32,000 bases of DNA from Pseudomonadota bacterium (GTDB taxonomy: Bacteria; Pseudomonadota; Alphaproteobacteria; Rhizobiales; Xanthobacteraceae): the NCBI GenBank assembly GCA_040756765.1, contig JBFLYG010000002.1:30195-62194 (forward strand). The letters are read 5' to 3'. Under the pieces are notes generated by a model. The model was given only the letters and a program-made list of their open reading frames with translations. It was not told the DNA's origin and ran no database searches. Both the position numbers and the translations under genes were made by a program. Shown here piece after piece: positions 1 through 8,073 of this stretch (its first letter is position 1; each line of letters opens with the position of its first letter).

Positions 1-873
1 CGCGGTGCCGCCGTGAATGGCGCCGATCGAGACGACGCCGAACTCGGTCGGGTCCTTCTCGCGGCTGATCACGCTCTGCACGTCCACCACAAAGCGCGAC
101 GCCATTAGCACCGGGTCGATCGTCGCCTGCGGCACCGCGCCATGGCCGCCGCGGCCGCGGAAGGCGATCTCCAGCAGGTCCGAACTCGATGAGCCGATGC
201 CGCTGCGGTAGCTCACATAACCATAGGCGCCGGGCCCGTCGTGCAGTGCGAACGCCATGTCCGGCTTGCCGAAGCGGGTGAACAGGCCGTCGTCGAGCAT
301 CGCCTTGGCACCGGTCACCTCCTCCTCCGCCGGCTGCGCGATGAACATCAGTGTGCCGTGCCAGGCGTCCTTGAGGCCGATCAGCGCCTTGGCCGTTCCG
401 ACCCAGCTCGCCATATGGATATCGTGACCGCAGCTGTGCGCCACGAACGTCTCGCGCCCGTTCCACATCGTCTTGTCATGGCTGGCATAGGGAAGTCCGG
501 TCTTCTCCTCCATCGGCAGCGCGTCGAGCTCGGTGCGCACCATGATGGTCGGGCCATCGCCGTTGCGGTACAGCGCCACCAGCCCGGTCTTGCCGACGCC
601 TTCGGTCACCTCGAAGCCGATCGCGCGCATCTGCGCGGCCAGCTTCGCCGCGGTCTTCACCTCCTGGAAGGCGATCTCCGGATGGGCGTGGATGTCCTTG
701 TAGAGCGCATCGAGCGCGGGATAGTCGCGCGCCAGCATCTCGCTGACCGCGGCCTTGATGCGGGGCACGTCGACCTCGGCGCGCGCCGGCGGGGCGCATG
801 TCAGCGCGGTGGTCATCAACGTGACCGCGGCGAGCGGCGCGGCAGTCAGGCGGCGTGTGCGACAATGCTGCAT
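1..873 (-). CDS. M20-family amidohydrolase/peptidase (hippurate-hydrolase-like); N-terminal 291 codons only, C-terminus runs off the window
   Basis: Absent from the ORF track because it is open to the window edge. Reverse-strand translation from ATG (873..871) gives MQHCRTRRLTAAPLAAVTLMTTALTCAPPARA (signal-peptide-like), then HPEIAFQE, VAHSCGHDIHMA, FIAQPAEE and GRGGHGA. HxCGHD and PAEE are the metal-site motifs of M20D amidohydrolases. Confidence 0.8.
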   Translation of the reverse strand, partial: MQHCRTRRLTAAPLAAVTLMTTALTCAPPARAEVDVPRIKAAVSEMLARDYPALDALYKDIHAHPEIAFQEVKTAAKLAAQMRAIGFEVTEGVGKTGLVALYRNGDGPTIMVRTELDALPMEEKTGLPYASHDKTMWNGRETFVAHSCGHDIHMASWVGTAKALIGLKDAWHGTLMFIAQPAEEEVTGAKAMLDDGLFTRFGKPDMAFALHDGPGAYGYVSYRSGIGSSSSDLLEIAFRGRGGHGAVPQATIDPVLMASRFVVDVQSVISREKDPTEFGVVSIGAIHGGTA

Positions 874-1100
874 CTGATCATTCCCCAGTGGGCATGCGAT
901 CATCGAGACGAGCCCCGCCGCCGTCAATCCCGTCTGCGCGGCGCGGATTGATCGCGGCCGCCGGGCGGCTTATCCATGACCAGTCTTTCCAGCAATTGTC
1001 GCGCGAACGAGTCGGCGAGGGGTTTACGCATGATCCGTCATCATGAGTGTCTGGCTGGAAAAGGCATCGAGCCATCGTGAAAAACGGCGTTTTCCGTATT

Positions 1101-1229
1101 TCTCTGTCGTGGCCGGGCAGCGCGATCCGTCTTCGACGGATCGCTAGGACTAAGGTCTCCCGGCCACCCCGCTTAGGGACGCAGTGCCTTCCTTGCCGGG
1201 GTCGCCGGGTCAAGCCCGGCGACGACAAA
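1101..1229 (+). repeat. Composite REP/MITE-like element (type A, copy 1): two GC-rich hairpins around a conserved core; hairpin 1 carries a 41-nt module
   Basis: GTGGCCGGG...CCCGGCCAC, then cccgcttagggacgcagtgcctt, then GTCGCCGGG tcaag CCCGGCGAC. Near-identical copies lie at 2552-2676, 4525-4653 and, inverted, 28957-29046. The flanking cttttccagtcagactctgagg motif recurs at about 29088. Confidence 0.85.
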
Positions 1230-1398
1230 CATTTGGTCCATAGTTGCTTTTCCAGTCAGACTCTGAGGTGCGAGCCAATGGGTCCGCGCGAAGCGCGGCC
1301 CGATGACAGGCTCCGCGGGACCACCTCAGGGTGACGGATCAGCATCTCGCCAGAGGATACCCCAAGGGTTTTTCAAAGCGCCTTTCAAAGGATCGTTC

Positions 1399-2304
1399 AT
1401 GACTGTGACGGACAAGCCGCAGGGCGCCGCCGTGCTCGCCGGCATCGGGCTGATGCTGGCGGCGGTGTTCACGTTTGCGTTCGGCGACGCGCTCGGCAAG
1501 TCCATTGTCGCGACCTATTCGGTCGGGCAGCTGCTGTGGCTGCGCGCCTGCGCCGCCTTCCTCATCCTGGCGCCGATGATCTGGCGCCAGCGTGCGGTGT
1601 TCACGGCGCTGGAGCGGCCGTGGCTGCAGCTCGCGCGCATCGTGTTCTCCACCGCCGAGGTCGGGATGTTCTTCCTCGCCGCGGTGTACCTGCCGCTCGC
1701 CGACATCATCACCTGCTATCTTGCGGCGCCGATCTTCGTCACCGCGGCGTCCGCCGTCTTTCTCGGCGAAGAGGTCGGCTGGCGCCGCTGGAGCGCGGTC
1801 GGCGTCGGCTTCTGCGGCGTGCTGATCGCGCTGCAGCCGTCGTCGCACAGCATCGGCTGGCCGTCGCTGATCGCGCTCGCCGGCAGCCTGTCGTTCGCGG
1901 TGCTGATGGTGATCACGCGGATGCTGCGCGGAACGCCGGACGTGGTGCTGGCGGCCAGCCAGTTCGCCGGCACCTTCACGGTGGGGGCGGTGCTGGCGCC
2001 GGTCGGCTGGGTCACGCCGTCGCTGCCCCATCTCGGCCTGTTCCTGGTCGCCGGCGTCATTTCGGTGAGCGCGCTGTTCTGCCTCAACCGCTCGCTCAAG
2101 CTCGCGCCCGCCAGCATCGTGGTGCCCTACCAGTACACCATGATCATCTGGGCGGTGATTTTCGGCTATGTCGTGTTCGGCGACGTGCCGTCGGCCGCGA
2201 CGCTGATCGGCGCCGCCATCATCATCGGCGCCGGCTTCTACATCTTCGTGCGCGAGCAGGCGATGGGCCGGCAGGCGCAGGGGCTCGAACCACCGCCAGT
2301 GTGA
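1399..2304 (+). CDS. EamA/DMT-superfamily transporter
   Basis: ORF 1303..2304. Start placed at the internal ATG at 1399 (MTVTDKPQGAAVLAGIGLMLAAVFTFAFGDALGK). About 10 hydrophobic segments and typical EamA repeat architecture. Upstream of 1399 the ORF runs through repeat sequence. Confidence 0.85.
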   Translation: MTVTDKPQGAAVLAGIGLMLAAVFTFAFGDALGKSIVATYSVGQLLWLRACAAFLILAPMIWRQRAVFTALERPWLQLARIVFSTAEVGMFFLAAVYLPLADIITCYLAAPIFVTAASAVFLGEEVGWRRWSAVGVGFCGVLIALQPSSHSIGWPSLIALAGSLSFAVLMVITRMLRGTPDVVLAASQFAGTFTVGAVLAPVGWVTPSLPHLGLFLVAGVISVSALFCLNRSLKLAPASIVVPYQYTMIIWAVIFGYVVFGDVPSAATLIGAAIIIGAGFYIFVREQAMGRQAQGLEPPPV

Positions 2305-2367
2305 GGCCGCGTCGCCTGCTTCCCACAACATCTCGGGATGACACGCGGAGAGGCGAGGCGCCCGATG

Positions 2368-2492
2368 CTTTTTCGGCGTCATCACCGGGCCGGCGCGTCA
2401 GCGCCGTGACCCGGTGATCCAGCTTCAAACGACGCTCGTTGTGCTGCGAACAAGCTGGATGCGCGGGTCAAGCCCGCGCATGACGGTGGGGG
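2368..2492 (+). repeat. REP-like hairpin repeat (type B, copy 1)
   Basis: ttcggcgtcatcaccgggccggcgcg...ccggtgatccagcttcaa...caagctggat...gggtcaagccc...catgacg. Related copies at 20436-20636, 24181-24325 and a degenerate one at about 29262-29355. Confidence 0.8.
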
Positions 2493-2551
2493 GAGGCGAG
2501 GCGCAAAGGGATGTTGAGGCGCAGGCAGATACGGAGCCCTTGCCACACACA

Positions 2552-2676
2552 CTGTCATGGCCGGGCAGCGCGATCCGTCTTCGACGGATCGCTAGGACTA
2601 AGGTCTCCCGGCCATCCCGCTTAGGGACGCAGTGCCTTCCTTATCGGGGTCGCCGGGACAAGCCCGGCGACGACAA
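2552..2676 (+). repeat. Composite REP/MITE-like element (type A, copy 2) with the 41-nt module in hairpin 1 (2566-2606)
   Basis: Near-identical to 1101-1229 by direct comparison. Confidence 0.85.
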
Positions 2677-2714
2677 CACGAAGGTCGGTGGTTGCTTCGG
2701 AAACGTCCGCTGCC

Positions 2715-3305
2715 TCATCGCCGTGTGCTGGCGCCCCAGCTCTTGAGCGAGGCCCACACGCTGCGGTCGAGGCGGAAGCGGTCGACCGGGGTGGAGGAGC
2801 CCAGCGCCAAAAAGCGATGCAGCTCGACGCCGGTCCACTGGAAGCCGCACTTCTCGAGGATGTGGCGCGAGGCGCCATTGACGACACGGGCGCCGGCGAT
2901 CATGCGCTCGATGGCGAATTCGTCGAAGGCGTAGTCGATCACGGCGCGCGCGGCTTCCGTGGCAAAGCCCTTGCGCCAGTGGTCGACGCCGAGCCAGTAG
3001 CCGAGCTCCGGTGTTTCCACCTGCTGCCAGTCGAGGCCGACCATGCCGACGGGCATGCGCTCGTGCTCGATCAAAAACACGGTGTCGCGATCGGTGGCGG
3101 CGACATGATTGATGAAGGCAATGGCGTCGTCCGGCGTGTACGGATGCGGGACGCGACGCAGGTTCTCGGCCACGCGGCGATCGTTGACGAGGCGCGCGAT
3201 GGCTTTTACGTCCGCGAGGGTCGGGTGGCGCAACACCAGCCGGGCGGTCTCGAGGACGACGCTACTCGCTTCGCGCAGCGTGGATGTGGGCAGTTCCTGC
3301 AACAT
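2715..3305 (-). CDS. GNAT-family N-acetyltransferase (RimJ/RimL-like)
   Basis: 196-aa ORF. LVLRHPTLADV...GYWLGVDHWRKGFATEAARAVIDYAF...NGASRHILEKCGF is the typical RimJ/RimL-type acetyl-CoA binding region. Lies directly downstream of rpmA. Confidence 0.8.
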   Translation of the reverse strand: MLQELPTSTLREASSVVLETARLVLRHPTLADVKAIARLVNDRRVAENLRRVPHPYTPDDAIAFINHVAATDRDTVFLIEHERMPVGMVGLDWQQVETPELGYWLGVDHWRKGFATEAARAVIDYAFDEFAIERMIAGARVVNGASRHILEKCGFQWTGVELHRFLALGSSTPVDRFRLDRSVWASLKSWGASTRR

Positions 3306-3360
3306 GTGATGCTCCTTGGGGCTTTTTTCCGCGCCGCTGCCCGCAAGGGCGTTGGACGGC

Positions 3361-3400
3361 GCGAAACGAAGAAGGGGAGGCCGGTTGCCCGCCTCCCCTT
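3361..3400 (-). terminator. Rho-independent terminator-like hairpin downstream of rpmA
   Basis: 10-bp GC-rich stem (3372-3381 pairs with 3391-3400). On the minus strand it reads AAGGGGAGGC-loop-GCCTCCCCTT followed by CTTCGTTTCG. Confidence 0.55.
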
Positions 3401-3461
3401 AGGAGCTTTGAGTGCTCCGCCGGTTCAACAGGGCCGGCGGACGCAACATGTGTCCACCTTG

Positions 3462-3734
3462 TTATTCGGCCGCAGCTGCAACAATCGGAAGGACCGAAAT
3501 GTAGGTGCGGCCGTTGCCTTTGGCGCGGAACTCGACGCGGCCTTCAACCTTGGCAAACAGGGTATGATCCGTGCCCATGCCGACGTTGAGGCCGGGATGC
3601 CATTTGGTGCCGCGCTGGCGCGCGATGATGTTGCCGGGGATGACGTGCTCACCACCGAACGCCTTGATGCCCAGGCGCTTGCCGGCCGAGTCACGACCGT
3701 TGCGCGATGAACCGCCTGCCTTTTTATGAGCCAT
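3462..3734 (-). CDS. rpmA: 50S ribosomal protein L27
   Basis: [48 protein letters not shown] is the canonical L27 sequence. Confidence 0.97.
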   Translation of the reverse strand: MAHKKAGGSSRNGRDSAGKRLGIKAFGGEHVIPGNIIARQRGTKWHPGLNVGMGTDHTLFAKVEGRVEFRAKGNGRTYISVLPIVAAAAE

Positions 3735-3842
3735 GGCTCGTCTCCGAATTCGTTCGAATACTTAACCCGATTCCGCGAAGGAATCATTTCACATTTTGTC
3801 ACCGTCGCCTTCAGCGGCGCCGGTGCGGGCGTTACGCGCCGA

Positions 3843-4226
3843 TTACTCGGCGGCTTCCGCGGTCTCCTTCGCGACCTTCGCCTTCTTCGGGCGCGGACCC
3901 ACGGTGGGGGCCTTGCCGTCGGCGAGGATCTCGGTGATGCGGACCAGCGTCAGCTCGTCGCGATAGCCGCGCTTGCGGCGGGAATTCTTGCGGCGGCGCT
4001 TCTTGAAGGCGATGACCTTCGGGCCGCGCTTGTGGTCCAGCACCTCGGCGGCGACGGATGCGCCGGCCACGGTCGGGACGCCGAGCACGGGCGTGTCGCC
4101 GCCCAGCACCAGCACTTCGGGGAACTGCACGATCGTGCCGACTTCGCCGGCGATCTTGCCAATCTCGAGCACATCATCCGGGACAACGCGGTACTGCTTG
4201 CCGCCGGTTTTGATGACTGCGAACAT
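3843..4226 (-). CDS. rplU: 50S ribosomal protein L21
   Basis: MFAVIKTGGKQYRV is the canonical L21 N-terminus. Start set at ATG 4226, preceded by AAGGA 8 nt upstream, rather than the ORF-track start at 4235. Has a Lys/Ala-rich C-terminal tail. Confidence 0.95.
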   Translation of the reverse strand: MFAVIKTGGKQYRVVPDDVLEIGKIAGEVGTIVQFPEVLVLGGDTPVLGVPTVAGASVAAEVLDHKRGPKVIAFKKRRRKNSRRKRGYRDELTLVRITEILADGKAPTVGPRPKKAKVAKETAEAAE

Positions 4227-4390
4227 CGTTTTCATCCTTCGTGTTCAAACCCGCGCCTTCGGATGTCCGTGGACCTCCGGGCCGGCTTCTTGTCAGTCGT
4301 TGCGAATGTTGTGTCCGGCACCTCACAGCACATGACAAGTGAGGCAAGCCAAGACAAACGGCGGGAGCAAGCCCACGCCGGATTGCGGGC

Positions 4391-4418
4391 TTTATAGCCG
4401 CTGAGAGGGGTGAGTCAA
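4391..4418 (-). promoter_or_regulatory. Candidate sigma70-type promoter for rplU-rpmA
   Basis: On the minus strand: TTGACT (4418-4413), 16-nt spacer, TATAAA (4396-4391). Implies a leader of about 155 nt before rplU. Confidence 0.45.
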
Positions 4419-4524
4419 GGCGATTCCCGGCAAAAAGCCCTCGGAAATGAAGGATTTGGCCGTGGTTTTGGGCCTCCGGGCCGGGGAACCGGTCCCTGGA
4501 AAAGGCGTCAGGCTTCCGTCTTTC

Positions 4525-4653
4525 CTCTGTCGTGGCCGGGCTTGTCCCGGCCACCCCGCTTAGGGGCGCAGTGCCTCCCTTATCGGGGTCGCCGGGAGAC
4601 CTTAGTCCTAGCGATCCGTTAAAAGACGGATCGCGCTGCCCGGCGACGACAAA
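4525..4653 (+). repeat. Composite REP/MITE-like element (type A, copy 3); the module sits in hairpin 2 in inverted orientation (4597-4638)
   Basis: Hairpin 1 is uninterrupted (GTGGCCGGG cttgt CCCGGCCAC). Hairpin 2 contains the reverse complement of the module seen at 1118-1158. Confidence 0.85.
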
Positions 4654-4764
4654 TACTGAGGTCAGACCCCACAGAGCAGGCGAAAGCCGGTTTCTTTCCG
4701 GGATGAGGCCCATTGATCCCCGGCCGGTCTCGTCATTGCCGGAAAGGGAGGCAGCGCCCACCCC

Positions 4765-4880
4765 ATCCTCCACGTCATTCCGGACGCCGCTCCGCGGCGC
4801 TCCGGAATCTCGAAGTACCCTCAGCCCCGTCGCCCGCATGGCCCCGTAGCCCGCATGAGCGCAGCGACATGCGGGAATCC
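4765..4880 (+). repeat. REP-type hairpins (type C)
   Basis: ATTCCGGA...TCCGGAAT palindrome, then gtagCCCGCATGagcgcagcgaCATGCGGG. The second motif recurs twice at 24081-24157. Confidence 0.7.
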
Positions 4881-5075
4881 ACCCATCCGTCCCGGCCGCT
4901 CCGGCCGTCCGCCGCAACCGCCCCTTCCACCCCGCGCGCGCCTCCGCCACCCCCGCCGCGCCGCTTTGCCGCCCACCGATCGCAAAATCGCGGCATCCGA
5001 CGCCTTGTCTCTGCGAGAATCCTCGCATAGAACACCCCCGCAACCCGGCGGGCCACCCCGCCGCTTCGGCCCCGC

Positions 5076-5165
5076 GGAGAGGTGGCAGAGTGGTTGAATG
5101 CACCGCACTCGAAATGCGGCATAGGTGCAAGCCTATCGGGGGTTCGAATCCCTCCCTCTCCGCCA
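5076..5165 (+). tRNA. tRNA-Ser (anticodon CGA), class II with long variable arm, encoded CCA
   Basis: Hand-folded. Acceptor GGAGAGG/CCTCTCC, anticodon stem CCGCA/TGCGG with loop CTCGAAA, variable arm CATAGGTGCAAGCCTATC, T-arm GGGGGTTCGAATCCCTC, discriminator G, then CCA. Confidence 0.93.
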
Positions 5166-5340
5166 GACTGGCCCGCAAAGTATTGCTCCGAAATAAGAAA
5201 ATTTAATCGGATCAATCTCGTACCACATTCTATCCAACAAAAATTCGCGCCTTGGAGCTGGATTTATTTCGCCCGAAATAAATCATTTCCTGCGGTCTAG
5301 CGGCCTGTACGTTCCCGCGCCCGAATTTATAGAAGCTCGG

Positions 5341-5853
5341 ATGAAGGCTCGCCCCAGGGGTAGACCAAAGGGATATCGAGGCGCCGCCGCGGTCCTTGAG
5401 CCGGGGCAGGTCCGCCAGCTTCTGCGCGCTGCGGCCAGAACGAGGCATGCGCGTCGGGCCGAGATCGCGCTGTTGCTCTCCATCGAGCTCGGATTACGCG
5501 CGAGTGAGCTGGCGGCGCTTTGTTTGTCGGATGTCTTCGACGGCGACGGGCGTGTCCGTCCGGTCATTCGTGTCCCGTGGGCCGGCGCGACCCGATGCGT
5601 GCCGATGAGAAGTGACGCACTCCGCACTCGACTGGCGGACTATCGCGCGCTGGAAGTTTCTGAGTTCGGCCGTGCCGGTTGGCCGCTACTTCCTTCGCAG
5701 AGGGGGCATCATATGTCGGCGAGCTCAATGCAGCGATATCTCACAACACTATATAGAGCGGCCAACATTGCGGGCGGCAGCTCTAGGTCGGGGCGACGTA
5801 CATTCGTCGCGGGCCTGCTGATGCTAGGGTTGAACGATCTAGAGATACGATGA
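5341..5853 (+). pseudogene. Tyrosine recombinase/integrase remnant, C-terminally truncated
   Basis: Aligns by eye with the intact recombinase at 11038-11619 (ALLLSIELGLRASELAAL vs IFLLSSKAGLRAKEIACL; SSRSGRRTF vs SSHNGRRTF). It stops at LNDLEIR, before the LLGH...Y catalytic Tyr region, and the box II His is replaced by Arg. Confidence 0.6.
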
Positions 5854-5874
5854 TGTGAGGAGAAGTGGACGAAC

Positions 5875-6073
5875 ATGAGACGCATGCCAGAGCTGGGTCA
5901 CCTTGCCGAAGGGGCTCCTGGCCGACTTCGGTGTGAGCCGGGACGCCAAGTCGAGGGCGCTTCGTGAGCTTGAGGCCGCCTCTCTGGTCCGCGTGAAGCA
6001 GGTGAGGGGAAGGGCCGCTCTGGTGTGCCTGCACCTCGAGGACCAGCCCATTAGCGCGGTGCGGCTTCCGTGA
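5875..6073 (+). pseudogene. Possible frameshifted small winged-helix/HTH gene fragment
   Basis: Frame from 5888 reads QSWVTLPKGLLADFGVSRDAKSRALRELEAASLVRVKQVRGRAALVCLHLED...* but has no in-frame ATG. An ATG at 5875 lies in a different frame. Confidence 0.3.
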
Positions 6074-6792
6074 AAGAATGACCAGTGGCGCATGACCGAG
6101 GCTGACATCAGTTCGACGGAGGTGCCCTACGAGATCCCCGCCGGCCAGCTCTGCGAGCTTCGTGCGCTCAGCGGGCATCGCTATGTGGCCCTTGCGGGTT
6201 GCTGAGAAGTCGTGGGCCAACATTGAGACTTTCCTCGAAGCCTTCCAGTACGCTCTGGGGACGCTGAAGCCGATGGGATGGGACGCTCTCGACTTGAGCA
6301 AGACTTTCGGCCTAGCTCGTGGAGCCTCATCCCACAGCCAGAAAGGAGCATTCAGAGAATCCGCAGCTGCGACGCTAGGTTTATAAGCGCGTGCCTGAGT
6401 TGATTCCAAGATTGTTCCGGCGGGCTTTCGCGCTACGCGGCTTTCCGGGTAGGTAGACGCGTTGCGCCGCACCCTTAACCCCCTTCGACTGACACTTAGA
6501 TCAGGTCAGTTTCGACCCTAGCCCGTGCCTTTGCTTTGACGGTAAAGACGTTGCCACTGTCTGGATCAATGCACCAGCATCTATGAACCACGCCATTGCG
6601 GGTCAATGATCTGGTCCAGCTCATCTAGTACGTCTAGATCATCAATACAGAATTCAGCGGCAGACAGCAGTACACCTTGGGCGCCGTGAGTGGCGATCGC
6701 TCGATGTGGATGCGGGGCGGGAGCGTTTGGCCCCTCCCGAAATGTCGCTGGCCTCCCGCGCCACGGCATTGATGCTGCGCATCGAGGTCAGG

Positions 6793-6903
6793 CTAAGGCG
6801 CGCGCCGAAAGTACAACATGACGGCAACAACGATGACAAACGCAGCGAAGGCCCAGCCGTTATTGACGGCGGGCAGCAGGGCGATCAGATCGGCGGGCTT
6901 CAT
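6793..6903 (-). CDS. Possible 36-aa hydrophobic peptide
   Basis: My translation: MKPADLIALLPAVNNGWAFAAFVIVVAVMLYFRRAP, one TM segment with a basic C-terminus. GGGAG lies 7 nt upstream of the ATG. Too short for the ORF track. Confidence 0.3.
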   Translation of the reverse strand: MKPADLIALLPAVNNGWAFAAFVIVVAVMLYFRRAP

Positions 6904-7171
6904 TTTAGGCTCCCAAGTTTCGGAGCCCTTCAATGTCACCACATTTTAGCAAGGCGCAATGCACCCTTCCAAGGAAGGGGGTGAACCGCGGGACGTGCCC
7001 CTATTGATCTATGAATGTTGCAGCGTGTGTATAGTGGGTTGGATGTAATTCACTGAATATTATTTTGGGTGAACAGCCAGTCGCCCGGCGGCTGTCCTCA
7101 GATTCGCCCACCCCGTGTCTCCGGGGTCGGGGGCGGGCGTTCTTAAATTCGCCCCGGCCTCCATTGTAGTT

Positions 7172-7194
7172 CGCATATTGGATCGCAATATGCG
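7172..7194. promoter_or_regulatory. 23-bp perfect palindrome upstream of the wHTH gene (candidate operator)
   Basis: CGCATATTG gatcg CAATATGCG, ending 34 nt before the GTG start at 7228. Confidence 0.4.
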
Positions 7195-7227
7195 GTGAGC
7201 GGCATTCGCCGCTCCAAGGAGATATCC

Positions 7228-7725
7228 GTGAGCGAAAATGTAGCAGCAAAACAGGCCGACGTCGAAAAAATCAAAGTCAACGAGGCCAAGTGGTCTAAGC
7301 CGCTGATGGCCGCAGGGTGGACGGCCATGCCCAGCGTCATCATCGAAAAGCAGGAAGCGCTTGGCCTCGACGCTATCGACATGAATATCATCCTCCACCT
7401 TTCCCACTACTGGTGGACCCCAGATAACCTCCCTCATCCCTCGGTCGAGACGATCGCCAAGGCGGTCGGCGTTACGCCCCGGACGATTCAGAAGCGCATC
7501 AAGGCCCTTCATGAGCTTGGGTTGCTGGAGCGCGAGGAGCGGCGCTATACCCATCATGGAAGCACGACCAACAAATACGGCTTCAAGGGGCTGATCGAAA
7601 AGGCCACGCCTTTTGCTCAAGAAAAACTGGCGGAGATCCAGCAGAAGCAGCAGGCGAAGCAGGAGCGCCTGGCGCGCAAGAAGCCCAAGCTGACCGTCGT
7701 TCCTGGAGGCGTCCCGCCGTCATAA
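7228..7725 (+). CDS. Winged-helix/HTH DNA-binding protein (replication or regulatory type, as often found on mobile elements)
   Basis: ORF 7195..7725. Start preferred at GTG 7228, preceded by AAGGAG with 6-nt spacing. HPSVETIAKAVGVTPRTIQKRIKALHELGLLERE is a clear HTH. C-terminus is a Lys/Gln-rich coiled tail. Confidence 0.7.
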   Translation: MSENVAAKQADVEKIKVNEAKWSKPLMAAGWTAMPSVIIEKQEALGLDAIDMNIILHLSHYWWTPDNLPHPSVETIAKAVGVTPRTIQKRIKALHELGLLEREERRYTHHGSTTNKYGFKGLIEKATPFAQEKLAEIQQKQQAKQERLARKKPKLTVVPGGVPPS

Positions 7726-8073
7726 TCGTGGCGCAACGCCAAAATCCATCTCAGCCTGATGCATCCCAAACTACGGAGGCACCCGGACCTAGAGCCGGAC
7801 CAAGATGAGGGAGGCATGCGAGCGCAACGAGAGCGGCAAGCTACCGAAGCGCCCGCCGGTACGGCATCCATGGCCGTGTTAAACCCAATTTCACTTGCGA
7901 CGCGGTGGGCAAAGCCAGAGAGCTGCTCAGCTTAAACGCAACGGCTGGCGTGCCGTTGACACGCCTAGCCGCGCGTATCGATCGGTCGCTTATGGATTAG
8001 TGCCCCATTCCGGTCCCGATGGCTCTGCCGTTTGGCTTAACGGATGTGTTTCGAAGAGTGTTTTTAGCGGTCG

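Noticed and set aside
241-2417. ORFs 241..951(+), 476..865(-), 1339..2385(-), 1536..2417(+)
   Set aside because: Out-of-frame or antisense overlaps of the M20 amidohydrolase and EamA genes, with low-complexity Arg/Gly-rich translations.
4174-5215. 334-aa and 146-aa minus-strand ORFs and several plus ORFs across 4410-5100
   Set aside because: They run through REP-type repeats and antisense across the tRNA-Ser gene. Pro/Arg/Gly-rich translations with no RBS or motif.
5783-6472. 229-aa minus-strand ORF
   Set aside because: Non-coding-like composition. The opposite strand shows more protein-like, though broken, reading frames, so I treat the region as decayed genes instead.
7060-7620. 186-aa minus-strand ORF
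   Set aside because: Antisense to the wHTH gene, which has a clear HTH and a strong RBS.
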